A stretch of DNA of 64,000 nucleotides from a virus. Its lineage: Duplodnaviria > Caudoviricetes. A program made the position numbers and the translations under genes. The stretch spans positions 35,697-99,696 of the IMG/VR virus record IMGVR_UViG_3300028833_000108, one strand, 5' to 3'. Shown piece by piece: positions 39,401-47,986 of this stretch. Position 1 is the first letter of the stretch. Each line of letters starts with the position of its first letter. The notes beneath the pieces were generated by a model, which saw nothing but the letters and a program-made list of their open reading frames with translations, searched no databases and was not told the DNA's origin.

Positions 39401-42400
39401 TTGGTGGTGTTTCCGAATCCGAAGTCAAGGATATCTTGAAGGCTGGCCTGAATACCGACGATGCAATGGATAAAATTCTTATCCCAGAAATCGGAAGCTT
39501 GATGGTCAAATACGCCATGGACGATAGCCTTAACAACGATGGTCTCGAAAACAAGTTTGAGAGTGATTACCTTGTATCGTGCTTTAACAAAAAATTCAGC
39601 GAGGACTTGCATGCGAAACTCGATGAAGTGACCTCCTTGAAGAAGACTATCGAAACTGATACGACGATTGACAAGGCACAGGGAGAGAGAGCGTTGAAGG
39701 AAGCAACACTCGATGCTGCTAAGTACAAAAAGATTCAGGAGAAACTCGATAACGACCCGAATTACATCGCTCAGGTTGCTGATACCGTTGTTAAGAACGG
39801 TAGTACGATTGTTGGTCTCGTCAACGGGATGCCGACGGACATTAGCAAATCGTTTGTTCCGTTTGATGCCGATACGTTAAAATCATATAGTCACCCTGGT
39901 CTGCCACTCCTTAAATTCTGTATGTATGATACAGAAATGGATGGTACTACATCTAAGGCGACAGAGAACCTCAATAGGGCGTTCATGGATTCTCGTGTAA
40001 AGGCCATGATGAACGACTTGTTCAATTCTGTGCCAAAAGAATGCCTGACCATCGATTACAGTAGCGATGAAAACGGCATTGCACGTCTGGATACGAAGCC
40101 TGTCAAGGATATGGAAGAGGCACAAATTCAGGTCTTGGAATCTCATTACAACAAGTCTGGTAAGCGCAACGACATTTCCAACTTCTATAATCTTGAAAGC
40201 ATAATCGATAGCATCTACTCAAAGGGTGGTGACGTAACCAGTATCTTTGGCCTTAACAACAACAGTGGCCAGTCTTCTCCGTATCAGTACAAGGGAACTG
40301 ATATTGACCTCAAGAAGGTAAAGCAGTTCTTTGATACTTTGATGGAACTTGCTGCTAGTTACAATGATATCGGTTACTCCGATGTTGGCGGAAGGACTAT
40401 CGACAGGCAGAAACGCATTCAACAGACGGCGAATAATGAGAGACAGAAATCCAAGGTCCTCATCAATCAGCACTTCGTTGATTTGAAGTCATCGTTTGAT
40501 GATTTCATGAATGCAATTGAGGTGAAATCGCAGTTGAGCCCAGAAGAGAAGGCTGGATTGAAGAAAGTTATGGACAAGGTTATGACACAAGTCATAGCTA
40601 ACCCGATGAACGTTCTTATCAACAACAATGCGAAACTCATCACTGCCTATGCTTATCAGAATGCAATCATCAATGCAGAAAACCGCTCTCTGTATCAATC
40701 TGGAAAGGAACATGGATTTGGTACGGGCTTTGGCAAGGAAGCCGATAAGGAACCAAACAGGCAAGGCGCGTTGCTCGGTTTGAACAATAGTGTTGACCAG
40801 AATGTAAATGCGTATCGTGTTGCGTATGGTATAGCAAAATCTGCATATATCAAACATTTGCTTAAATCAAGCCGTGTTACTATCGACCAAGCTGAAGCTG
40901 ACTATAAGGCATATCTAAAAGACTATGGCGATGGTTATGGTGCCGTTGAGGTATTGAAGCGTGCTCTCAAGGATGGTTCAGTTGACACTCAAAAGGACAA
41001 TGTGTCGCTGTTCTGTAACTATCAGGTTGATGAAAGTAACAAGAAGCAAGCTGATGAGGTAACTAAACTACGTAAACAGGAACTGGTTCTGTTGCTGTAC
41101 AAGACTGCTGCCGATATTGTGGATTCTAGGAGCAAGCTCGGTACTCCGACCGAGTTTGAGGAGAGGCTTGCTGCTCAGGGTGATTTGGTTAAAAACCTTA
41201 GCTCTGAGATATTGCCTCAAAAGCTTATTGAAAAACTCAGGAATCTTGGGGCAGAGTTGCAGTTGGCAGATAGTAAAAAATATCATGAAGTGATGAATGC
41301 GGCAAAAGACCCAGAATCATTCGAGCCAACGGAATACACCAGTCCTAATGACCCGATTGAACCATCTGTGTCTCAGCTCCGTGGTTTTGACAAGGCTTCA
41401 GAAAATACTACCTCTAAGATTATCGACGATATTCTTAGCGATAAGGAACTCGATATGAAGGGTATGCAAAATGCGTTCAATGCAATGGATAAGGCAGGAG
41501 ACCCGCAAGCGGGCACCCGCATGAACTTCAATTGCAAGTTGAATGTGGTGAAGAAAGACAATAACGACATGCTTATCAGCACGAGTATAAAGCTGCAAGA
41601 TGGCGATTACATCGTTGTACCTGGTGAAACACCTCGACCAGTAACCAAAGTTATTGATGCTGATAACAAACTTTACAATATTCCTCCTATATCTAGTCTG
41701 AATGTTGGAAAAAAAGATGTTCCGTTCGCTCGCTATCAGGCTCGTAACCTGTTGCAGGGTAATCTTATGGCGGCTAAATTGCCTGCTGTTGTAAGAAAAC
41801 TGAATGAATGGTATAACGAAGTTCGTGCAAAAGGAGGGCTTCCAACCAATGTCATGAACAAGATAACCATGTTGAAGCTGTTGTATGAAGGATGTTCTGG
41901 CGCTGATGTCATGAAGTCTATCGTGGCTTACTTGATATGGAGGGTGAGTGGCTACGATTATAGCTTCAAACCGTCAAAAATCTTGCTCGGTGGCAATCCT
42001 GGTATGGAAGACTGGCTGGTTCGTACCATCGTGGCTGACTTGAAGACGTTCGCCCCTGGTGCACCAGAGGAAAACAAGGTGAAGTACGAAAACATTCTAT
42101 CAATTCTACCAGATGGATTTGACAGAATGGCTCGTAAGTTTAATTTCACCCTCGTTACGCCAAAAATGACGAGACAGGGTAGCTCTGAGGAAGCTAAGAA
42201 CGTTAAATCTACGATGTATATGAGCGACGCAAGGAATAACTTGAAGATGCTTGTTGATGCCATCGGACAATCCTTCGGTTATGTGAAGGCGGCACAAGTT
42301 CAGAAGGCACTGCAAACACAGTCTATTCTGGATGATTTCCACATCACAAAGGAAGCCGCAGATAAAACGCTTGCTGCTCTCAAGGGTAAACTTAAACCTG

Positions 42401-42612
42401 TCCTTGATGCTATCATTAAGGACCATAACTGGAGCGTTGCACAGCCGCTCGTTAGCGACTATAGGCGTAACGATGCTACACCGACTGTCGATGGAGCTCT
42501 CCAATACATAAAGGACAACTACGACATCAAAAAAATCGACAATACAAACGAATTCGTCAACTATATCAAGAAGGAATGTAAAACCCTGTTGGAGTTGGCA
42601 CTCGGCATCTAG
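36469..42612 (+). CDS. Giant 2047-aa hypothetical late protein (probable virion/internal protein)
   Basis: Monocistronic unit with a late motif and a terminator. No recognised catalytic motif. Confidence 0.65.
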   Translation: MNMQKILLEAMSYKDDAAIRKEANGYLAELRNYVFPVQVSDDLCSNIKVRLGQNQPVSFEWALNEYYKNINTDARKGQFLFDLGRSLLPERQGRMFFEHGSAAELEADKRKYPLVSSLKGGPKIFELFFRMLSPDLVKLSDNSFTTTFNDDGTSTTKQRDDEAGLSDITGKFFSVFEDALRENCKYVKPSTTMPEYSKYSDAVLYAAYLGFIFDVFHDATRPTSETDGSSAKFTFDEVFSRGAHNVAKFAVNRIPDRTSLGSLDNWGSVYNQGKNVMRTIDPERLSNSNLSEIRVYPQYVVDVLRLTKKTKAPFIDLLKNGLGGKYSAIGEALDKGTKGDDNTIIPISSKSFVAMLSDPEFIKECVNRNMGEIFKKWGDNWVVNGRSYLQDVLASEPQVNNSDDDTVRAVPVAVGPSLKRSNTDREFTGDDIIAQTHITMQIGKGSVIKDLSAKQIEADAARRKDEGLSLDEWVEELKQEARSGTNINEDEQEELWREALKKHGLDEKTLSKNVKNAFKHTTPNAETSVVFDLYDGTNPHTFKVDGEIDNKLDATDFQNIIARKVKAGGEGHVYFISIPHGIAFATMQDDEGTIVRNENMDTLCRGLYCNGAEYNYKSVRDLMRSPIGRYCNAVVRKGKTGRLQFSTKEANTALGKVLSVMKDMKEDGKTFNPGPVDKLSTAIKVISQIMSTSAYPEDEVESILNAFMNPELVMSVETYNQSEGKFSFHAINHRHRNLMGAKLIKHLSDMYNLDNTVRGYNAQNVANILDVVAPGNWNLTQWNYGNVMRAVSASYGASDDVNVEDVEGGVNAEPDTEGENELTDADVWYPDVKGVDDAFDDNINNQTADDGGVGDVASEDEVGHEGIGGEDYKLVHDTFESVFDRLFPNPEAVKFNEKDTASLKNNLVTALARLQKQGSLDIKVAHKVASLDTTHFQHFIQDFWKTVSEAIDKKPDVTDNSLRMSAFIDEEDENNAMFGGVSESEVKDILKAGLNTDDAMDKILIPEIGSLMVKYAMDDSLNNDGLENKFESDYLVSCFNKKFSEDLHAKLDEVTSLKKTIETDTTIDKAQGERALKEATLDAAKYKKIQEKLDNDPNYIAQVADTVVKNGSTIVGLVNGMPTDISKSFVPFDADTLKSYSHPGLPLLKFCMYDTEMDGTTSKATENLNRAFMDSRVKAMMNDLFNSVPKECLTIDYSSDENGIARLDTKPVKDMEEAQIQVLESHYNKSGKRNDISNFYNLESIIDSIYSKGGDVTSIFGLNNNSGQSSPYQYKGTDIDLKKVKQFFDTLMELAASYNDIGYSDVGGRTIDRQKRIQQTANNERQKSKVLINQHFVDLKSSFDDFMNAIEVKSQLSPEEKAGLKKVMDKVMTQVIANPMNVLINNNAKLITAYAYQNAIINAENRSLYQSGKEHGFGTGFGKEADKEPNRQGALLGLNNSVDQNVNAYRVAYGIAKSAYIKHLLKSSRVTIDQAEADYKAYLKDYGDGYGAVEVLKRALKDGSVDTQKDNVSLFCNYQVDESNKKQADEVTKLRKQELVLLLYKTAADIVDSRSKLGTPTEFEERLAAQGDLVKNLSSEILPQKLIEKLRNLGAELQLADSKKYHEVMNAAKDPESFEPTEYTSPNDPIEPSVSQLRGFDKASENTTSKIIDDILSDKELDMKGMQNAFNAMDKAGDPQAGTRMNFNCKLNVVKKDNNDMLISTSIKLQDGDYIVVPGETPRPVTKVIDADNKLYNIPPISSLNVGKKDVPFARYQARNLLQGNLMAAKLPAVVRKLNEWYNEVRAKGGLPTNVMNKITMLKLLYEGCSGADVMKSIVAYLIWRVSGYDYSFKPSKILLGGNPGMEDWLVRTIVADLKTFAPGAPEENKVKYENILSILPDGFDRMARKFNFTLVTPKMTRQGSSEEAKNVKSTMYMSDARNNLKMLVDAIGQSFGYVKAAQVQKALQTQSILDDFHITKEAADKTLAALKGKLKPVLDAIIKDHNWSVAQPLVSDYRRNDATPTVDGALQYIKDNYDIKKIDNTNEFVNYIKKECKTLLELALGI

Positions 42613-42631
42613 TATAACTGACATATTCATC

Positions 42632-42662
42632 AGAACCACCGTTATCCCGACGGTGGTTCTTT
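42632..42662 (+). terminator. Rho-independent terminator
   Basis: AGAACCACCGT...ACGGTGGTTCT-TT. Confidence 0.75.
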
Positions 42663-42695
42663 CGTATATGTAATCAACTAGGGTCATAACGACCT

Positions 42696-42704
42696 TATAA
42701 ACTA
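42696..42704 (+). promoter_or_regulatory. Late-promoter motif TATAAACTA
   Basis: Exact motif. Confidence 0.75.
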
Positions 42705-42729
42705 TAGATAAATATCAGACTTCATTACT

Positions 42730-45177
42730 ATGGCACTTGAAAATATGGCACTATACCGTCAACTTCTGGAAGACGAAAAGGCAGAGGACGAAGCCAAAGC
42801 TGCTGCTTCTGCCTCCGCAGCTCCGAAGGATGTAGACAAGGATAAGAATGAAAGCTCCTCTGATGTTCCGAAACCTGCTTCCGAAGAAGGTGGTGAGGAC
42901 GAGGAACCTGCTCCAGTAAGCGAGGAAGAAGATTCTGGTGAACTACCTAATGCTGAAAAAGATGCTCCTGCTGATAAAAAAGAAGGTGCTCCTGCTAAAT
43001 CCGCTCATCTGAGTGATGAGGAGATTGCTGCATTGCAAGAAGAGAGTGATAGGCTCGCTGATGAAATTTATGGTGATGGTTCATCGAATGACGATGATGA
43101 CGACATTCTTTTGGGTAAGGTTGTGCTAAACGCTAATAAGGAGCGTCCCGTCAAAACGAAAGAAAAGAAGCAAGATAATGTTATTGAACCCAATAAAATT
43201 AAGGAAGTTCCGCTTAGTGAAACATTAAGACAGGCGATAGATAATAGTGGATTGGAAGTAAACTATACTGAGATTTTTGAGTTCATTAAGGCGGTAGACC
43301 CCTCGGCAGTCAGGCTTCTTGATGCAAAATACAATCCTATTGATGTGAGTGACTATTGTGACAAGTTTATTCAGTTCATGTCAACTCTGTCGGATGCGGG
43401 AAGCCAGCGTCAGTTGAGCGTTATCATTTCGGAAATAGTATCGTATCTCAAAAAGAATGCTCACGAAACGTTTACTGCTATTGATATCATCACCTATTGC
43501 AATAAGATACACGATACCGTTAAAGACAAGAACGTGTTTGCCCTGAAGGGGGTTGGCTACACCAAGATGAAAATTATGGTGGAAAATGCGTTCATCATTG
43601 AGTATTTGAGTAGCTATGGAATTTCCGAAGATTTAAGGATTGGAAATGGAGTTGATGATGCTACTGATACGGTAGTCCAACTGGCTGTGGCTGTCGCTTA
43701 TGGCGAAAATGTGTCTAAGCTTGGTGATATTGCGGACAAGTATATCGTTGCTTATCGGAGAATACAGTCAGATAAGCCTGAACTGATGATGGTTCTTAAA
43801 AATGGTGACTTCGAGGCTTTCTACAACATGCTTCGAACATTCTGTGGTTCGAGCACTGTTGGAATAGACCTGAGGGATATCGACCTTAACATGGAATCGT
43901 ATTCGCAAGGCGAAGCTGCTGCTCTTTATGCCGCTGTAATCGCAAAGATGGACGAGCTTGCTGCCAAGTATCGAAAGAGTTACAGTAACGAGGATATCGA
44001 GCGTATCATCGACAGTATGGTTAGCAGGGGTTACCGTGCATCGCAGACGAACGCTATCGAGTATTATTGCGAAGAGATGATAAACCCCAAGAAGCCTATC
44101 AAGTCTCGTAACGACAAGGACGTAATCAACTTTGACCAAGGAATGAACTTTGCGACAAGGGCGTACATTCCAGCAGGTTATGGACTGAGCAAGTCCCATG
44201 TCGAGATAAGCAAGCCTTATACCGAAGTGTTCGGAATTCCTTTCATAAACATCCGCCATCCTCTGTTCAAGGCGATAGCGATGAAATACACCACGAAGTA
44301 TTCCGTTAAGAACAAGACGAAGAATGGCAAGAAAAGTGCCATGGACAAGGAGTGGGAGAAACGTGCAAAGGCTGTACAGGACAGGGCTAATAAGGCGGAG
44401 CAGCAACTGATAAAGGAAATCAAGGGTGGTAGCCTGATGTCTAAATTCCTTGTTGGTGACCAGACGAAGGAAACGCAGATTGCAGGTGAAGGATTGGACA
44501 TTGTGTCTACAATTGAGAAGGGACTTCGCAAGATAACTTCATTTGCATCAAACTCGACTCTAATCAAGAACATCTTGCAGTTAATCAAGATGGCTATGGA
44601 CGGCGATGAAACGCCTGTGTCTAGGAGCACTCTTGTAGTTGCTGCTAATCAGATGAGTTCTTACGATAGGAACCCGATTGTCTCCAACATGGTCAACGAC
44701 CAGTTTGCTAACGTCAGGGTATTCAATCCTGTGAAACCAGAGAGAAGTGCTGCTGTTTCAAAGAAGTATTTGAAGCAGTTCTACGATATTATCAATCCGT
44801 TGGAGAATGCTGACGAATACATTGCTTGCGGTGCGTTTTCGCCTAACCTTCCGAACGGAGTTGGTGGACGCGGAATGTTTAGGGCGCAGATGCAAACCGT
44901 GTCAGGCGGTGCTATTGACCCGAGTGCTGTATCTGATGCTGCAATCGCCGCATTCCGTCAGGACATTCTTGAACATGGCGGATATCCGTTCACTTATGTG
45001 TTGTCTGACCAGTTCACTGGCGAGAACAATCAGGTATATAGGATAGCCCGTAACAACAATTTCTTTGGTAACTTGGCCAGACTGGATGTTGACCTTGTGG
45101 CAATACACGTGAAGAAGGCTGGTATGGATGGAATTTTCATCATGGAGAACCATGATGCGGAAGTGCTTTTTAGCTAG
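42730..45177 (+). CDS. Hypothetical 815-aa late protein with an acidic disordered N-terminus
   Basis: Long ORF after a late motif. Confidence 0.65.
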   Translation: MALENMALYRQLLEDEKAEDEAKAAASASAAPKDVDKDKNESSSDVPKPASEEGGEDEEPAPVSEEEDSGELPNAEKDAPADKKEGAPAKSAHLSDEEIAALQEESDRLADEIYGDGSSNDDDDDILLGKVVLNANKERPVKTKEKKQDNVIEPNKIKEVPLSETLRQAIDNSGLEVNYTEIFEFIKAVDPSAVRLLDAKYNPIDVSDYCDKFIQFMSTLSDAGSQRQLSVIISEIVSYLKKNAHETFTAIDIITYCNKIHDTVKDKNVFALKGVGYTKMKIMVENAFIIEYLSSYGISEDLRIGNGVDDATDTVVQLAVAVAYGENVSKLGDIADKYIVAYRRIQSDKPELMMVLKNGDFEAFYNMLRTFCGSSTVGIDLRDIDLNMESYSQGEAAALYAAVIAKMDELAAKYRKSYSNEDIERIIDSMVSRGYRASQTNAIEYYCEEMINPKKPIKSRNDKDVINFDQGMNFATRAYIPAGYGLSKSHVEISKPYTEVFGIPFINIRHPLFKAIAMKYTTKYSVKNKTKNGKKSAMDKEWEKRAKAVQDRANKAEQQLIKEIKGGSLMSKFLVGDQTKETQIAGEGLDIVSTIEKGLRKITSFASNSTLIKNILQLIKMAMDGDETPVSRSTLVVAANQMSSYDRNPIVSNMVNDQFANVRVFNPVKPERSAAVSKKYLKQFYDIINPLENADEYIACGAFSPNLPNGVGGRGMFRAQMQTVSGGAIDPSAVSDAAIAAFRQDILEHGGYPFTYVLSDQFTGENNQVYRIARNNNFFGNLARLDVDLVAIHVKKAGMDGIFIMENHDAEVLFS

Positions 45178-45186
45178 GTGGAATGT

Positions 45187-45921
45187 ATGAACGAGAAAAA
45201 GATATTTATGGAAGCCGTAGGCAACATTGGACTGAACGCATTGCAGTACGATAGCGTTTCTCGTCTGTATGACGTATGCTTTGAGGCTACTATGAATGAC
45301 CTTTCTGGTCCAGTAGACAATCTCAGGAAATACAGAAGCAAGACGCTAATGTTCCACTTCAATGACCTGACGATGGACAAGACTACTGGACACGCTGTTG
45401 TTCACTTTGTCGTTCCGTCGGCCAGTGGCGATAAGAACTATGATGTCTACATCGAATTCATCCCGCCGCAAGGAACTTTGTTCAGCATGGCACAGGGTCC
45501 GATGACCCCGGCCAAGAAGATTGGGTTGCTTCGCTCGTGCGATGTAAAGGTGTTCTGCACCTGTCCAGACTTCAACTGGTCTGGTATGAAATACAACCTT
45601 AAACATATCTATGACAGTTATCTGTCTGGATACGAGTCCATTGAGGGCGTCCCTTCTGGAGGCGAGGACATTCCGCCTAATGTAAAGGACCCGCATCATA
45701 AGAATAGGGTTTGCAAGCATGTCCTCGCCGCATTCTCAGCAGTGATGACGAACTGGATGCGTATCATCAAGGCTGCCAAGGAGTACCGTGTTCCTGCAAA
45801 TGCACCTACTCCTGCAGAGGAAACCCCGATAGAACAGACGGTTGAGGAAACGCCTACGGTAGCACCTGATACCAATCCCGTTCCCGATGAGAATATCTCA
45901 GAGGACGAGAACGGAATTTAG
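45187..45921 (+). CDS. SWIM-type zinc-finger protein carrying the shared N-terminal leader
   Basis: SASGDKNYDV...CTCPDF...CKH. Confidence 0.7.
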   Translation: MNEKKIFMEAVGNIGLNALQYDSVSRLYDVCFEATMNDLSGPVDNLRKYRSKTLMFHFNDLTMDKTTGHAVVHFVVPSASGDKNYDVYIEFIPPQGTLFSMAQGPMTPAKKIGLLRSCDVKVFCTCPDFNWSGMKYNLKHIYDSYLSGYESIEGVPSGGEDIPPNVKDPHHKNRVCKHVLAAFSAVMTNWMRIIKAAKEYRVPANAPTPAEETPIEQTVEETPTVAPDTNPVPDENISEDENGI

Positions 45922-45945
45922 GCGAAAAAACATATTTTAGTGTAT

Positions 45946-45971
45946 GAGCCAGCATCGCTCGATGCTGGCTC
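45946..45971. terminator. Strong hairpin / possible terminator
   Basis: GAGCCAGCATC-gctc-GATGCTGGCTC, with a weak U-tract. Confidence 0.55.
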
Positions 45972-45983
45972 GACGTTTTCCGT

Positions 45984-45992
45984 TATAAACTA
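45984..45992 (+). promoter_or_regulatory. Late-promoter motif TATAAACTA
   Basis: Exact motif upstream of the prohead genes. Confidence 0.75.
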
Positions 45993-46026
45993 TATACGAA
46001 TGTAATGATTATTGTGGTTTTCGGTA

Positions 46027-46206
46027 ATGGCAATACCAGGACTTAAAGACAATGACGCACGCTCGCTGATAAGCTACCTGCTTAACGGTGACTCCACAAA
46101 CGTGGAGAAGCTGGTCAATGCCTATATGGAGTCTGCGTATAGCATCTGTACGAAAGAGAAGACCAAGATAGTCATGGAAAGTATTAACTCACCCAGGAAG
46201 GTGTGA
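46027..46206 (+). CDS. Small prohead core protein (positional equivalent of T4 gp67/gp68)
   Basis: 59 aa, directly upstream of gp21. Contains YMES and VMES candidate protease sites. Confidence 0.45.
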   Translation: MAIPGLKDNDARSLISYLLNGDSTNVEKLVNAYMESAYSICTKEKTKIVMESINSPRKV

Positions 46207-46220
46207 GTAGGGGAAGCGTC

Positions 46221-46949
46221 ATGGGAAAGATGCGTGAAATCATTGGCGTACCGAATTTCAACGACAGCAAGGTATCTGTCGCGGAACGCACCGACTTGTA
46301 TGGAAATAAGGTAAAGAGGCTCATTCTTGAAGGCACGGCCATTGTGTGTGACGAACCAGGCATTAACGGTCGTTCATATCCTCGTGCAATCATCGCAAGG
46401 GAAGTTGAAAAACTGAACAGGACGAAGATTCGCCTTGGCCGTCTTGCCGCTGAGTTGAACCACCCACGTGTCGATATCGAGGGAAACCCGAAGGATTACC
46501 CAATCTTTGAAATGAACCTGTGGAAGACCTGTGCAGTCATCGAAGAACTCCGTATGGACGGAAAGAACCTGTACTGCCGAATGGTCGTTGCCGAGGATAC
46601 TGATGCAGGACGTAACCTCGCTGGCCTAATCAAGGCTGGCTACACACCTGGATACTCTCTGCGTGGTGCTGGCGATACCATCAAGCTTCCTACTGGCTAT
46701 GAAGAAATTGACCCTGACTATACATTGATTACTGTTGACGTTGTCGGAAACCCGAGCTTTGATAACAAGGCCCTCATCACTAGCCACTTCGAAAGCGACG
46801 CTGGCAAGAGAAAGGCGCACAAGGTTCTTACCGAGTGCATCGAACGCTACGGAAAGGAAATTGTGCTTAACCGCAATATGGATTTCCGCACCGACATGTA
46901 CCATGTATACAACAGGGAAGCTCTACTCAACAATCTGCGTAATAGGTGA
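46221..46949 (+). CDS. 21: Prohead core protein protease (T4 gp21-like)
   Basis: LILEG, INGRSYP, AELNHP (catalytic His), GYSLRGAG (catalytic Ser), DVVGNPS. Confidence 0.92.
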   Translation: MGKMREIIGVPNFNDSKVSVAERTDLYGNKVKRLILEGTAIVCDEPGINGRSYPRAIIAREVEKLNRTKIRLGRLAAELNHPRVDIEGNPKDYPIFEMNLWKTCAVIEELRMDGKNLYCRMVVAEDTDAGRNLAGLIKAGYTPGYSLRGAGDTIKLPTGYEEIDPDYTLITVDVVGNPSFDNKALITSHFESDAGKRKAHKVLTECIERYGKEIVLNRNMDFRTDMYHVYNREALLNNLRNR

Positions 46950-46954
46950 TACAT

Positions 46955-47905
46955 ATGCAACTGGCAGACTTTTTAACACAAGATGAACTCGGCAGTATCG
47001 ACCCTGGTATTGTAACCAAGATTGAATCGAATTGCAATAAGGCGATAGCTGACTACGAGGCGAAGGGCGACCGGCAATTCAAGTCCTTGGTCGAGGCGGT
47101 ATCGGGACAGTTCGATGCATTGGTTAAGCCTGCTGTCCAGAAAAAGGTTGACAGCATGGGCGAAAATGCTGTCAAGGGCAAGCTGTTCGAGGCTTTGCAG
47201 AAGATTGTAAATGTCCTTGAAGAATGCCAGATAGAAACGACGCAGGAAAGGGAAGCCAAGAAGACGGTTGCACAGTTGAAGGCTGAACTTCAGGAAAAGG
47301 TGGTCGAATACAAGCGTGCTATGAAGCAGCTTATGTATGCCAAGATTGCCGATAAGGTTCTCCGTGAAACTAACGGTTATCGTCCAGACCTCCAACAGAA
47401 GGCTGTGGAATACTTCACTGACCCGAAGCGTGATATTTCCCTAGACGACCTGAAACGTGAAGACATCTTCAACTATATCAACGGCGTCGATGACAACAAG
47501 ACGACGAGCAGCGAGTTTAGCGGCATCGGCGAAATCAAGGCTCCAAACCAAGTTGATATGAACGAACTGAACGAGATTGCCGACAGCCTGATGCACGATG
47601 ACATCGAAGAAAACGGGCTGGAGAACTATCGCAAGAACAACCTCAAAGTGAACGAAGTTAGATATCCCGCTGGTGGAAACGCTGCTGTCAGCAAAAGGAT
47701 GCGTCCTGCACCAAAACTGGCCTCCGTAGGCTTCGGCAGCAAGTCTGCTGCATTTGAAGCCCTTGGGCAGGGACTATCCCAGAACAAGGTGTATAACAGC
47801 CCTGATGTGACCAAGGAAATGCTCTCCCAGCCTACGTCGCTGGAACCAGATGTTTCCGATGATGATGTCAGGCAGGCAATGAATGCGATGAACGTGTTCA
47901 TTTAA
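46955..47905 (+). CDS. 22: Prohead core scaffolding protein (gp22-like)
   Basis: Immediately follows gp21. Coiled-coil with LVEA, LFEA and AFEA sites. Confidence 0.55.
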   Translation: MQLADFLTQDELGSIDPGIVTKIESNCNKAIADYEAKGDRQFKSLVEAVSGQFDALVKPAVQKKVDSMGENAVKGKLFEALQKIVNVLEECQIETTQEREAKKTVAQLKAELQEKVVEYKRAMKQLMYAKIADKVLRETNGYRPDLQQKAVEYFTDPKRDISLDDLKREDIFNYINGVDDNKTTSSEFSGIGEIKAPNQVDMNELNEIADSLMHDDIEENGLENYRKNNLKVNEVRYPAGGNAAVSKRMRPAPKLASVGFGSKSAAFEALGQGLSQNKVYNSPDVTKEMLSQPTSLEPDVSDDDVRQAMNAMNVFI

Positions 47906-47928
47906 CAGGTTTCCACTTTACACCAAAC

Positions 47929-47964
47929 GAATGGGGGTTCCTATCTCACGGGGAGCCCCCATTC
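47929..47964. terminator. Hairpin / possible terminator
   Basis: GAATGGGGGTTCC...GGAGCCCCCATTC. Confidence 0.6.
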
Positions 47965-47986
47965 AAATATTGTATTTTAAAAGACG

